From IMG/VR virus record IMGVR_UViG_3300042564_006016, positions 1 through 54,562 of that record: a stretch of 54,562 bases of DNA; one strand, given 5' to 3'. The notes beneath the pieces are model-generated. The model made no database searches, was not told the origin of the DNA, and saw only the letters and a program-made list of their open reading frames with translations. The position numbers and the translations under genes are program-made. Positions 8,059 to 17,236 of this stretch are shown here, in pieces. The stretch's first letter is position 1, and each line of letters begins with the position of its first letter. Source of the stretch: a virus (taxonomy: Duplodnaviria > Caudoviricetes).

Positions 8059-8907
8059 ATGTCTTTGTCAAATCCCCTAACCCCTACAAATAATGTAGGG
8101 GGAATCAAGCTAATGGACTTTAGAGATTATAAATTTAGATGTCATTATTTGGGTGATTTAATTGGGAGTTATTTATCCAAAGAAGATAAACAAAACGAAA
8201 CTTATCTAAAGCTAAAATCTAAAGACAAATTAACAGATTTACAAACTACCACTTTAGCAGATTTTGAGGCTAAAATTGAAGCCAAAAACAATCCCATTTT
8301 AGAAATTACTCAAGGTTCAAAATCAGTTCTCCATAAGATTTGGAATTTTGAAACTTTACAAATCAAAAAAGTCCTAAAATCAAAAGCAGTAAGAAGAGGT
8401 AAAAACCAAGAAGACGAAAGTATTGATTTAGTCAACCAAGTTTTTAAAACAAATTTAGTTAAAAATACTGAAAGATTTGAAAATGATTATTTTACTGGTG
8501 AACCAGATTTAATTACTCAAAAATCTGTAATTGACATAAAAACTTGTGAATCTTGGGAAACTTTTTGGTCAAAAACTTCAGAGAAAGCACATACAGACTA
8601 TTTTTATCAAGTCTGGGCTTATATGCTATTAACAGGTAAAAACCAAGGCTTTGTGGCTTATACTCTGCCAAGCTATGATCAAGAGTTTATTAGTTATGCT
8701 CAGTCAAGCACAATTGATTTAGAAGAAGCTGAGCAGACTTTTTTTAACTTGAATTTTGATAGAATCCCAAAAAATAAAAGAATAAAAATCTTTAAATTAG
8801 AATCTCGAAAAATTGACACAGTAAAAGTTTATAAGTACCTAGACAAATGCCGAGAATATTTAGACAACCTTACAACTCAATTTCAGAACTTCCAGCCTTT
8901 AGCTTAA
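8059..8907 (+). CDS. YqaJ/lambda-exonuclease-like PD-(D/E)xK nuclease
   Basis: RG..QE, FTGEPDLI...IDIK, YFYQVWAYM. Confidence 0.8.
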   Translation: MSLSNPLTPTNNVGGIKLMDFRDYKFRCHYLGDLIGSYLSKEDKQNETYLKLKSKDKLTDLQTTTLADFEAKIEAKNNPILEITQGSKSVLHKIWNFETLQIKKVLKSKAVRRGKNQEDESIDLVNQVFKTNLVKNTERFENDYFTGEPDLITQKSVIDIKTCESWETFWSKTSEKAHTDYFYQVWAYMLLTGKNQGFVAYTLPSYDQEFISYAQSSTIDLEEAEQTFFNLNFDRIPKNKRIKIFKLESRKIDTVKVYKYLDKCREYLDNLTTQFQNFQPLA

Positions 8908-8908
8908 T

Positions 8909-9103
8909 ATGCACCCACAAACCACCGAAAAAGCTCTAAATCTTCAAAAAAAGATCCTAGCTTTCAAATACTCATCAGAAAATACAGGCAAATTCCAAAA
9001 GCTAATCAATGAACAAGCCAAATACATTGACGGTCAAGAAGTTGACGATCAGGTAGAGATTTGGAATCAAATAGTTGAATTTAACAAAAGTAATTTATTC
9101 TAG
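8909..9103 (+). CDS. Hypothetical protein
   Basis: ORF abutting neighbours. Confidence 0.65.
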   Translation: MHPQTTEKALNLQKKILAFKYSSENTGKFQKLINEQAKYIDGQEVDDQVEIWNQIVEFNKSNLF

Positions 9104-9610
9104 TATGCTCCAACAAATCCTCCACCCCATCGGCTACCTTAAATGGCTTAAAGCTAGAAGTCTTAAATCTTTTAGTAAAAATAAAAGAGTAAATACTTTT
9201 CTAAACAAGCAAAAAGAACTTTCCAAAAGCTTACCACCAATAAATCCTAATACTGATATAAACAAACTTTATAATAATCGTAATATATAATATGCTAGAA
9301 CTAGTCTACAAAACAGAAAAAAAAGTTGGTGACGGAACTACAGACAATGTCTTTAGAGTAGTTTATCAATTCTGGAAGCGTGAAGGTGATCAATTTATTT
9401 TGATTTGCGAATACGATACTTTTTAAAAAAACTATAATTTAAAATATGACCGAAAAACCAGACTCTAATCAATTAAATACAGAGGAGCTATTAGCGACTA
9501 TTTGTAGTATTACAAACGCAAGCTTACAAGAATTATACCCTGAAGAGTGGCAAGATTTAATCAAGCAATTATCTGAAGAATTTACAATCACTAAAAAATC
9601 TTAAATAAGT

Positions 9611-9871
9611 ATGAAATACATCAACTACACCGCCTTTTTTGAACACTTTAATTACAAACTCTGGACTAAAGCAATCAAAGGTCTCCAGTACATCAAAGTA
9701 CGCCATGAAAGATATTACTTAGTATCTGAAGTTATGAATAATCTAAAAAAAGCTTATTCTGATGACGTAAACAAATTTGATCTACAGTTACAAAAGAAAG
9801 CAAATGAAATAGCTAAAAAGCTTGATCAAATAGGCGTTGGCATAGATATATTTGACAATACTAAAAAGTAG
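9611..9871 (+). CDS. Hypothetical protein, possibly DNA-binding
   Basis: ORF; RYYLVSEV motif. Confidence 0.6.
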   Translation: MKYINYTAFFEHFNYKLWTKAIKGLQYIKVRHERYYLVSEVMNNLKKAYSDDVNKFDLQLQKKANEIAKKLDQIGVGIDIFDNTKK

Positions 9872-10037
9872 TGGTTTAATTAATGTATCAGTTAATTCTG
9901 ATAAATATTTTAACAAAAACAAATATGTTCTCATACACAGACGATTACTTAGATGTAATCCTACCAAACACAGTCGAAGCAGACGACTTAAACAATCTAG
10001 CAAAACAAGATTTTGAAAATCAAAATAATTAATATTT

Positions 10038-10664
10038 ATGTCTAAAATTAAATCAATTAAACTTAAAACCAATTTTTGGTTTTATAAAAAAGGTAAAGTT
10101 TTTACTTTTGCTGAATTTCAAGAAGCTTTAGATAGTTATTGTAGCAACGCTCCAGAACCTATGCAAGTTGATCAAGAGTCAACAGAAAGCTACTTGCTAG
10201 AAAGCCCAGAGGATTTTGAAATCGAACACGAAAAACCCCAAATCCTAAAGCGACCTGATGGAAGTGTAATTAGTGGGCTGGAGGAAGGGCAAGAGATTTT
10301 ACTTATTGCTGATCTGTATTCCAACAAAAAAATTGACGAAGTAAAGTTCGAAGAAATGTTTATCCAGGATTTACATAAAGGTCTAATCTTCCTACCAGAA
10401 GACCCCGACCTAGCCGAAAAGAAAGCCAAAATGCTTTCAAAACAGCTTGAAATTCAGTATGAGATTGATAGGTTGAATGCAGTTGAACACCCTAGCATAG
10501 AGAAAGAATGGCACATTGGATATTTTCAAAATAACGATAAAATTTACAAACATAATCTTTATGGTAGTAGCAAAGATACTTTTATGTCTGAGCTAACAGC
10601 CGAAACAATATTGGCAAAATACAGCCAAGATGAACTCAAACAATACTCAGATATTATAATTTAA
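10038..10664 (+). CDS. Hypothetical protein
   Basis: 208-aa ORF. Confidence 0.75.
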   Translation: MSKIKSIKLKTNFWFYKKGKVFTFAEFQEALDSYCSNAPEPMQVDQESTESYLLESPEDFEIEHEKPQILKRPDGSVISGLEEGQEILLIADLYSNKKIDEVKFEEMFIQDLHKGLIFLPEDPDLAEKKAKMLSKQLEIQYEIDRLNAVEHPSIEKEWHIGYFQNNDKIYKHNLYGSSKDTFMSELTAETILAKYSQDELKQYSDIII

Positions 10665-10700
10665 ACAAACTAAAAACATCGAAAAAATAATTTAAAATTT

Positions 10701-11603
10701 ATGTCTAAAATTCACTTAAACAAAAACACAACTATAATAATCTGTATCGTAGGAGCAATCGCAATGCTTGCCTTTGCAAATTACTCAGAACAAACAAAAC
10801 AAACCCAAAACAAGTTAGCTATTAAAGCCGAAGCAAATTTTGAAGATCTTAGATCAGAAAAGCAAAAAGAGCTTGACGATTTGAAAAAGCAAGATGAGAT
10901 AAACAAACTCAAAAAAGAAAGTAAGGAAACTGAAATCAAAAATCTTGAAATCCAATTTAAAATTGATGAGCTAGAGACTGGTTTAAAAGATAACCAACCA
11001 GTTCAAGCAGTAGAAACTAAGAAAGAGCTGGTTGTAGAACCTGTTAAGGACGACAAAACAGAGTCGCCTAAGGAAGAGCCAAAACCTGTTGTAGAAAGGT
11101 CAAAATACCTAGACAAATGGTTCAATAATAAAACAGGTCAAACCCACTGGGATATTTGTAACTCCAAAGAAGTTGGTAAGAAATTTATCGAAGCCTTTGC
11201 AGAATTTGGAGCAGATGCACAAGTTATAGCTTGCGTAACTCTTAATCATGAAAACGGCGTTGTAGGTGGTGATTATATCACTAATGCAGTTAGCCCTTGT
11301 TGGTCAACTAATGCTAAACAAGCTCAAGCTAGACAGTGTGATTATGCAAGCGATAATTCCGCTGGCGTGGACGCAGGTTTGTTTATGATAAATACATTTT
11401 ACCAAGCAAATCGGATCACAAAATTAGGAGGGGAAGCTTGCACTTTTGCAGACTCTAAAAATCCTAAAGACCCTTGTAATGTAAAGAAAATTACTTGGCT
11501 ACATAACATTGATAATCAGATCAGTATTATCAAAGACATCTACCGAGAGCAAGGATTTCAACCTTGGGTAGCATACCTTAAACATGTAAAACCTTATTTA
11601 TAA
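10701..11603 (+). CDS. Membrane-anchored lysozyme-like / lytic transglycosylase protein
   Basis: N-terminal TM, coiled coil, catalytic-like HENG, DAGLFMIN, GFQPWVAY. Confidence 0.7.
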   Translation: MSKIHLNKNTTIIICIVGAIAMLAFANYSEQTKQTQNKLAIKAEANFEDLRSEKQKELDDLKKQDEINKLKKESKETEIKNLEIQFKIDELETGLKDNQPVQAVETKKELVVEPVKDDKTESPKEEPKPVVERSKYLDKWFNNKTGQTHWDICNSKEVGKKFIEAFAEFGADAQVIACVTLNHENGVVGGDYITNAVSPCWSTNAKQAQARQCDYASDNSAGVDAGLFMINTFYQANRITKLGGEACTFADSKNPKDPCNVKKITWLHNIDNQISIIKDIYREQGFQPWVAYLKHVKPYL

Positions 11604-11604
11604 T

Positions 11605-11919
11605 ATGCCCAACTACAACACCCTAGCACCCGCAACAATACAAGCAAGAATTAAAACCCCTTGCCCTTGCAAATATTGCACAACCCCACATTATTCTATT
11701 TATAATTTTAAATTAGTAATTGAAAAGTCTGATGACCACTACGAAGGCAGACAAAATTCTCCAGATTATCCGCACAGTTTTTGGAGAGCTAGATATGTTT
11801 TTGACGGCTCTTTTTCCCTGCCAGAAAAGCCTATGTGGTTTGATGACAGAGATTTAGAAAAAGCTATAATTGGAGCAAAAGAAGAGTTAGAAAGATTTAT
11901 TGAAAATTGTAATAAATAA
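11605..11919 (+). CDS. Hypothetical protein with CxCxxC motif
   Basis: ORF abutting previous stop. Confidence 0.65.
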   Translation: MPNYNTLAPATIQARIKTPCPCKYCTTPHYSIYNFKLVIEKSDDHYEGRQNSPDYPHSFWRARYVFDGSFSLPEKPMWFDDRDLEKAIIGAKEELERFIENCNK

Positions 11920-11922
11920 CCT

Positions 11923-12201
11923 ATGCTTAACAACCACAAAGAAACTGGAAGGGAAATTTGCTTTAAAATCAATAAAGTAACTTATTACAATCAGAGATTA
12001 ACTTATGTTGGTTACATCGACAATGTATATTGGTTTGATTTTCAATTTATTCCAAGTTGGTTTGGAATGTCGGGACATATTCCCATGCATAAAAGCTTTG
12101 GATTCCGAGAATGGGAATTTAGCTTATGTTTTGTTTGGGATCGGCTTTGTGTAATTATTGAAGAAGAAATTTTAAATAAGATGTTGATCGATATGACTTA
12201 G
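11923..12201 (+). CDS. Hypothetical protein
   Basis: Last ORF of the rightward early operon. Confidence 0.55.
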   Translation: MLNNHKETGREICFKINKVTYYNQRLTYVGYIDNVYWFDFQFIPSWFGMSGHIPMHKSFGFREWEFSLCFVWDRLCVIIEEEILNKMLIDMT

Positions 12202-12244
12202 AAGAGTTACTTGAACATTTAGATTTTGCGAAAGATTGAGGTAG

Positions 12245-12396
12245 TGACCAGCACACGCCACATAAGCAAATAGCTATACTAGTTGGTACGACACCACTAT
12301 TATTGCAAGCAATAGAAACACAAAATAAAATGTTAATTTTAGATTATTGCTTGTCTTTTGTATTTAATTTGGTGTTTTTGGTGGTGATATTGGTTA
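12245..12396 (+). ncRNA. Candidate ~150-nt rod-shaped RNA (6S-like architecture)
   Basis: Nested helices TGACCAG/TTGGTTA, GACACCA/TGGTGTT, GCAAGCAATAG/TTATTGCTTGT with G-U pairs on the + strand. Confidence 0.45.
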
Positions 12397-12404
12397 AGAG
12401 GTAA

Positions 12405-14354
12405 TTAAACGATTTTTAAAATTCCTCCATCATTCCAGACATCACCAGCGGATAAACCAGTAGATGAAGTTGGGAGATTAAAAAACTTGATCCTGTTTGT
12501 GCTGATTTGCATTCTTAGATTTCCATTGATGTACCACTCTTGGTTGCCAGTGCCAGCATTGACATACTGAGTAGGTACATTACCCTTATTATTGACTACT
12601 CTCATGATCCCGAATTCTCCATCGATCCCAGCAAATCCAGATTGTACGGCTTGACCAGCCCCAGAGTTAGTCTGTAGAGGGGTATTGGTGTTGATGTAGT
12701 TCCCTGAATACTCAATATATTTCGAGTTGAGCAGGTATCTACCAGTTGCTGGAGAGTCAAAAACTGAGTTATAGACTATCTGATTGCTGTTATCACTAGC
12801 ATGAGCTTCACGAATTGCATATCTGGCTTTAGCAGATCCGTTATTTGTAATAATTGTATTATAGGCTATTGTATTGTTTTGGCTTCCAGTTCCGTCATTT
12901 CCACCTTCAATCTGAATTTCATCGTATCCATTATTTAAACTTGCGGAATTATTCTGGAGATAATTTCCTTCAATTTTATTTAACCTAGATTGATATAAAT
13001 AAATACCAGAAAAACCATTATTACGAATAATATTATTTTGTACTATTTGTTGATCTTGCTGGTAAAGGCTAATTCCATAGTGAGAATTTTCATAAATTTG
13101 GTTAGAATTAATAATACACCCTTGGGTTAAATAAGTACTACCAATAACTGAAATACCTACAGAAATCCCATACTGAGAATTATTTCGTGCAATATTATGA
13201 GAGATTACACATTGTTTTGATCCAGTTCCACTAATTTCTCCAGGTGCGAGGTAAAAACCGTGTCTAGTATTACTATAGGCTATATTATTTGTAACTACCG
13301 TTGCTCTACATTGTTCAATTTCGTAACCATGATAACCATTACTATAACTAGTAGAATTAGTTACCACACAATCATCACAATCATAAATCTGGGTTCCAAC
13401 TCCACTAAAATTAAATGTAGTTACATCATCGACTACACAATTTAAAGAATCAGACAAATACAAACCATAATTAGTAGATCCAGTTTGACCTGTTTTGTTT
13501 CCGTCCAATGCGATATTCTCAATTTTTACATTTGTTTTATTTTCAATTCGCAACAGATTACCATCAAGATTCGTAGCGTTTTTAACTTTAATTGTAGATG
13601 CCCCATCACCTTTAATAATTGTGTTAGAATAAACATTTAAACCAGTGTTAGGATTAGCAATATAAATTCCTTTTGGAAAATACACTGTTCCGCCACCAGC
13701 AGTATTACAAGCATTTAAAGCTGATTGGATTGCTGTTGTATCGTCTGTTGAATTATTGCCAACTGCTCCATAATCTTTGACATTGAATTCTAAACTTTGA
13801 CTGTTGTTAACAAATTCAACCCAAGCTCCATTTATTCTCTCAAAATACTTACTTGAGCTTGTATTGTAATAAGAATCACCTTGGACTGCTGTACTTGGTG
13901 CAGTTGAGAAACTACCCAAATTCCTACGATTATTTACACCAGCCGTTCCTGGAGTTGTATTGCCTACAATATCTTGACCTATTTTGAAAACAAATTGCCA
14001 GCTTTCTATTTCTCCAGTAGTTAATAAAAATTCTAATTCTAAAGCGTAAGTAGTGTTTAAGCTGAGTGCAGATGTTTGAGTCGGAACTAAATCAATTGTA
14101 TATTGAGAATTAATAAAACTAGATGGTAAAGTAATTGATAAACTAGATGTTGAGGGGAAAGCAGGGAGGTCGTTTGCTATAGCAGTTAAATTATTTTTAA
14201 AGCTTCCTGGCTTACAAGAAAAGGTTAGAACAGCGTTTTGATATAAACTTGTTAAACCGCATAAAATAAGTTCAAAAGTATCTCCTGGACTAACGGCAAT
14301 AGTAGATAAGGATTGTGGTGATTGATTCTTGTATAATCGAGCTTGAAAAGGCAT
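12405..14354 (-). CDS. Pectate-lyase-like beta-helix spike/depolymerase with N-terminal adaptor domain
   Basis: FNVKDYGAVGN..DDT.AIQ.A...GGGTVYFPKGIY followed by parallel beta-helix repeats. Confidence 0.85.
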   Translation of the reverse strand: MPFQARLYKNQSPQSLSTIAVSPGDTFELILCGLTSLYQNAVLTFSCKPGSFKNNLTAIANDLPAFPSTSSLSITLPSSFINSQYTIDLVPTQTSALSLNTTYALELEFLLTTGEIESWQFVFKIGQDIVGNTTPGTAGVNNRRNLGSFSTAPSTAVQGDSYYNTSSSKYFERINGAWVEFVNNSQSLEFNVKDYGAVGNNSTDDTTAIQSALNACNTAGGGTVYFPKGIYIANPNTGLNVYSNTIIKGDGASTIKVKNATNLDGNLLRIENKTNVKIENIALDGNKTGQTGSTNYGLYLSDSLNCVVDDVTTFNFSGVGTQIYDCDDCVVTNSTSYSNGYHGYEIEQCRATVVTNNIAYSNTRHGFYLAPGEISGTGSKQCVISHNIARNNSQYGISVGISVIGSTYLTQGCIINSNQIYENSHYGISLYQQDQQIVQNNIIRNNGFSGIYLYQSRLNKIEGNYLQNNSASLNNGYDEIQIEGGNDGTGSQNNTIAYNTIITNNGSAKARYAIREAHASDNSNQIVYNSVFDSPATGRYLLNSKYIEYSGNYINTNTPLQTNSGAGQAVQSGFAGIDGEFGIMRVVNNKGNVPTQYVNAGTGNQEWYINGNLRMQISTNRIKFFNLPTSSTGLSAGDVWNDGGILKIV

Positions 14355-14386
14355 TGATTAAATCAAAATATCAAAATGGGGTTGTG

Positions 14387-15499
14387 TCAAATAACAGGGT
14401 AATAATACTCCAAGCTTCCATGGTGCAATCCCAAACCAGCTACAACATTTATATTTTCAGTTCCATTTATCCTTGCCCACTCATCAAAAGTTTTTATTTG
14501 ACCTAAATATTTGTTAGTCATTCCTGAAGGATTTAGATTTGGCAATAAACTTGGGGCTACAACCAATTTAAACTTATCTGTTTTAGATTTGCTGGATTGA
14601 TACACTAAAGCTCTAAAATAGGCTCTGGCATGTGCAAGCACTGAAAGGTTAAAATCATTTCTGTTAAACTTAGTATTTTCTACCTGGTCAGTTTCTAAAG
14701 ATCTTTTAAAAGCAAGGTTATCAAACATTTTTTCACCAACCCGCCTAAAAGAGTTCCAAAAAAACCCTTTGATATTTGAGAGATAGCCAAAATTGGCTCT
14801 GGATAATTCAGATTCCAAGATTTCTTTGTTGGGTTTTGGTAAATTTAAAATTACTAAAATTGCTAAAAATTGCTCAAATGTTTTATCATTCAATTTCTTT
14901 TGAACTTCACCTTGGAAAAGATCCACGCTTTCTACTTCTTTTTTATTTAAAAATTTTAAAGCTAAATTCTTTTTTTCTTTATCGCTAATTTCTAAACCAT
15001 AAATTCTCAAAAGCTCTGATCTAGTTTCATCTTCAATTTTTTCTAAAAGTGGTAACAAAGTTTTTGCAAATTCGGCTTGTAAAAAAGTTTCCAGCAAATC
15101 CAAAACATCAATGAATTTTTGCTCAACTTCGTCAGCAACCTCTGGATCTGTAGCACGAATAAAAAAATCTCTAGCAAACTCAAATTTTTCTACAAGCCAA
15201 TCAGAAAAGGCTTCAGCATTTCGATTTATAGCCTCTTTTTTTATAAATTCATTTAATCCGTCATGAGAGTGGTCAAAGTTCCTATAAATAGAAGTTTTGA
15301 GGCTAGAATCAATTTCGCCTAAATCTTGTAACCCAAAGAGTATTGCTTGACTATGTAACCTAGAAAACTCAGCACATTTTGCTAAAACCTCTTCGCTGAT
15401 TTCTAGTTCACGGGTATTTATAACCTCACTTAGTAAATCTTTGTGTAAATTTATCAAGACAGTTTTATTTAAACCTTTGGACTGGACTTTGGGAAACAT
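14387..15499 (-). CDS. Putative minor head/morphogenesis protein
   Basis: Downstream of portal; C-terminal GLHHG motif; position-based. Confidence 0.45.
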   Translation of the reverse strand: MFPKVQSKGLNKTVLINLHKDLLSEVINTRELEISEEVLAKCAEFSRLHSQAILFGLQDLGEIDSSLKTSIYRNFDHSHDGLNEFIKKEAINRNAEAFSDWLVEKFEFARDFFIRATDPEVADEVEQKFIDVLDLLETFLQAEFAKTLLPLLEKIEDETRSELLRIYGLEISDKEKKNLALKFLNKKEVESVDLFQGEVQKKLNDKTFEQFLAILVILNLPKPNKEILESELSRANFGYLSNIKGFFWNSFRRVGEKMFDNLAFKRSLETDQVENTKFNRNDFNLSVLAHARAYFRALVYQSSKSKTDKFKLVVAPSLLPNLNPSGMTNKYLGQIKTFDEWARINGTENINVVAGLGLHHGSLEYYYPVI

Positions 15500-15510
15500 T
15501 TATTTTCTGA

Positions 15511-15732
15511 TTATTTTTCTAACCAATTCATCATCTCTTTAGCGTTCATCGGCTTCGATCTTGGCGATTTCATGGCAAGGCTTAAACTTTCTTCTTCATC
15601 GTCAGTTAAAAAGTTTATATCATCAATGATTTCTTGGAGTCTTTTTGGAGTCATATCATCAATGATTTCTTGGAGTCTTTTTGGAGTCACCCCAAGCTCT
15701 TTTGCATATTTTAATATTTTTTTATCATTCAT
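15511..15732 (-). CDS. Small hypothetical protein with internal duplication
   Basis: TPKRLQEIIDD twice (36-bp tandem duplication 15617-15688). Confidence 0.65.
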   Translation of the reverse strand: MNDKKILKYAKELGVTPKRLQEIIDDMTPKRLQEIIDDINFLTDDEEESLSLAMKSPRSKPMNAKEMMNWLEK

Positions 15733-15736
15733 ATTG

Positions 15737-17203
15737 TTAAGAATTTAAAACGCTTTCAAAACTTTTATTAACTCTTTTTCTTAAGTTGTCCATAAAATCT
15801 GGTTTGCTACGATTAATTGACTCAGCACTTGTAATTTGGGTGAAGTCATCTGCCACCCCGTCAGTGTCAGCAGGTTTGAGAATTATCGGCTCTGAGGTTT
15901 TGTGCCAAAGCATGCCTTGAGTAAGCATAGTTGCCATTTTCTCTTCGGTAGGCAATACACTATGACCAAGCGAGCTAAAGGTTTCGTTTAGAATTTTGAG
16001 ATTATTAGCATACATTGCTAGTTCCTTTAATTTAGCTTCTCTTATTTTAATCTCTTCAGCTGTAACTTCTCTTGCTGTCCTAAAAATAAATCGACCTTCC
16101 TCGTATTCTGGGTGGAAAGACAAGCACCACTCAAACATATTATGAATACACTTTAAAACCCACCTTAAATCTTTTAACTGGTTGTCAGAGATTTCTTCCA
16201 AGTTAGAATATTTAGCATTCCCTCCAAGCCAGTTTGCTTTATCCATTGCCATTGTTAGCCAAAGATCCTCTTCAATTGCTTTTTTGTATTCGATTGTTCT
16301 ATTTTGGGAGTTATTTAGAGAAATTTCTTTAAGATTTAATGGTAAATCTATAAACATCACTCCGCCAGCATTTCTAATCCCTGTGTTATTTTGCAATAAT
16401 TCTTTAGCTTTAACACGACTATCCACAATTTCTTTCGGACTTAATCCAGCCTCACTCATTGCCTTTCCATCTAAAGAGGCTATCAAACTTTGTTTTAATC
16501 CATTTTTTGCCATCGCTTCGTTGGTCTGATCAAAAGCCCTCCTTAAAGACATCGCCCGCATTGCTCCAATCAAACCATTTGACCCAAAACCTTCTGTTCC
16601 GTTTGGGTTGACATACTGAAAGTGATAAACATATTTCTTTAGTCTCGAACCTTCAAAAGTATAGTCGGGGATTTCTTGTGCATACTGATCTAAAATTACA
16701 ACTTTTGTGATTTCGTTATTAATTCCATCGTCTCCATAAAAGCCAACCCTTGTCCTTCCTTCTACAATATATGGTTCAAACCTAAAAACCAGTCCGCCGT
16801 TTTTCTTAGTTGGGAAACAAACCCCACCTCCCATTCCAGTGCCAAAAGCTGAGACAAGCATTTTTTCTAAAACCTTTTCCATTCCAGCTTCTTTAAGCCA
16901 TTTGTATAATTTTTTGGCTTTTTTAGTTTTAACGGGTACGCCAGATTTATCTACTTCATCTACTTCATAGACACTTTTGTCTAAACTTTTGATGGCATTA
17001 GCAATTTTGGTAAAAATCCCGATGAACACAGGCTCAGCCATTGCAAGAGCAGTGACAGTCTGTGGATCAAACCTTGTATCGGTTTGTACGCCATAGCTAT
17101 TTACATCAAAACTATAGTTTGAGGTGCTAAAATAACTAGATCCGTTATCATACATTTGCCCTTTTTTAAAGTTTTCTATCCAGTTTCGGGTGCTTATCTC
17201 CAT
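15737..17203 (-). CDS. Portal protein
   Basis: Follows TerL; 488 aa; HFQYVNP..G.G, KNG, NAGGVMFI, YSNLEE motifs of HK97-type portals. Confidence 0.8.
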   Translation of the reverse strand: MEISTRNWIENFKKGQMYDNGSSYFSTSNYSFDVNSYGVQTDTRFDPQTVTALAMAEPVFIGIFTKIANAIKSLDKSVYEVDEVDKSGVPVKTKKAKKLYKWLKEAGMEKVLEKMLVSAFGTGMGGGVCFPTKKNGGLVFRFEPYIVEGRTRVGFYGDDGINNEITKVVILDQYAQEIPDYTFEGSRLKKYVYHFQYVNPNGTEGFGSNGLIGAMRAMSLRRAFDQTNEAMAKNGLKQSLIASLDGKAMSEAGLSPKEIVDSRVKAKELLQNNTGIRNAGGVMFIDLPLNLKEISLNNSQNRTIEYKKAIEEDLWLTMAMDKANWLGGNAKYSNLEEISDNQLKDLRWVLKCIHNMFEWCLSFHPEYEEGRFIFRTAREVTAEEIKIREAKLKELAMYANNLKILNETFSSLGHSVLPTEEKMATMLTQGMLWHKTSEPIILKPADTDGVADDFTQITSAESINRSKPDFMDNLRKRVNKSFESVLNS

Positions 17204-17236
17204 TTAATAGCAAGTTTTAGGTTTTTTGTAGGTATG

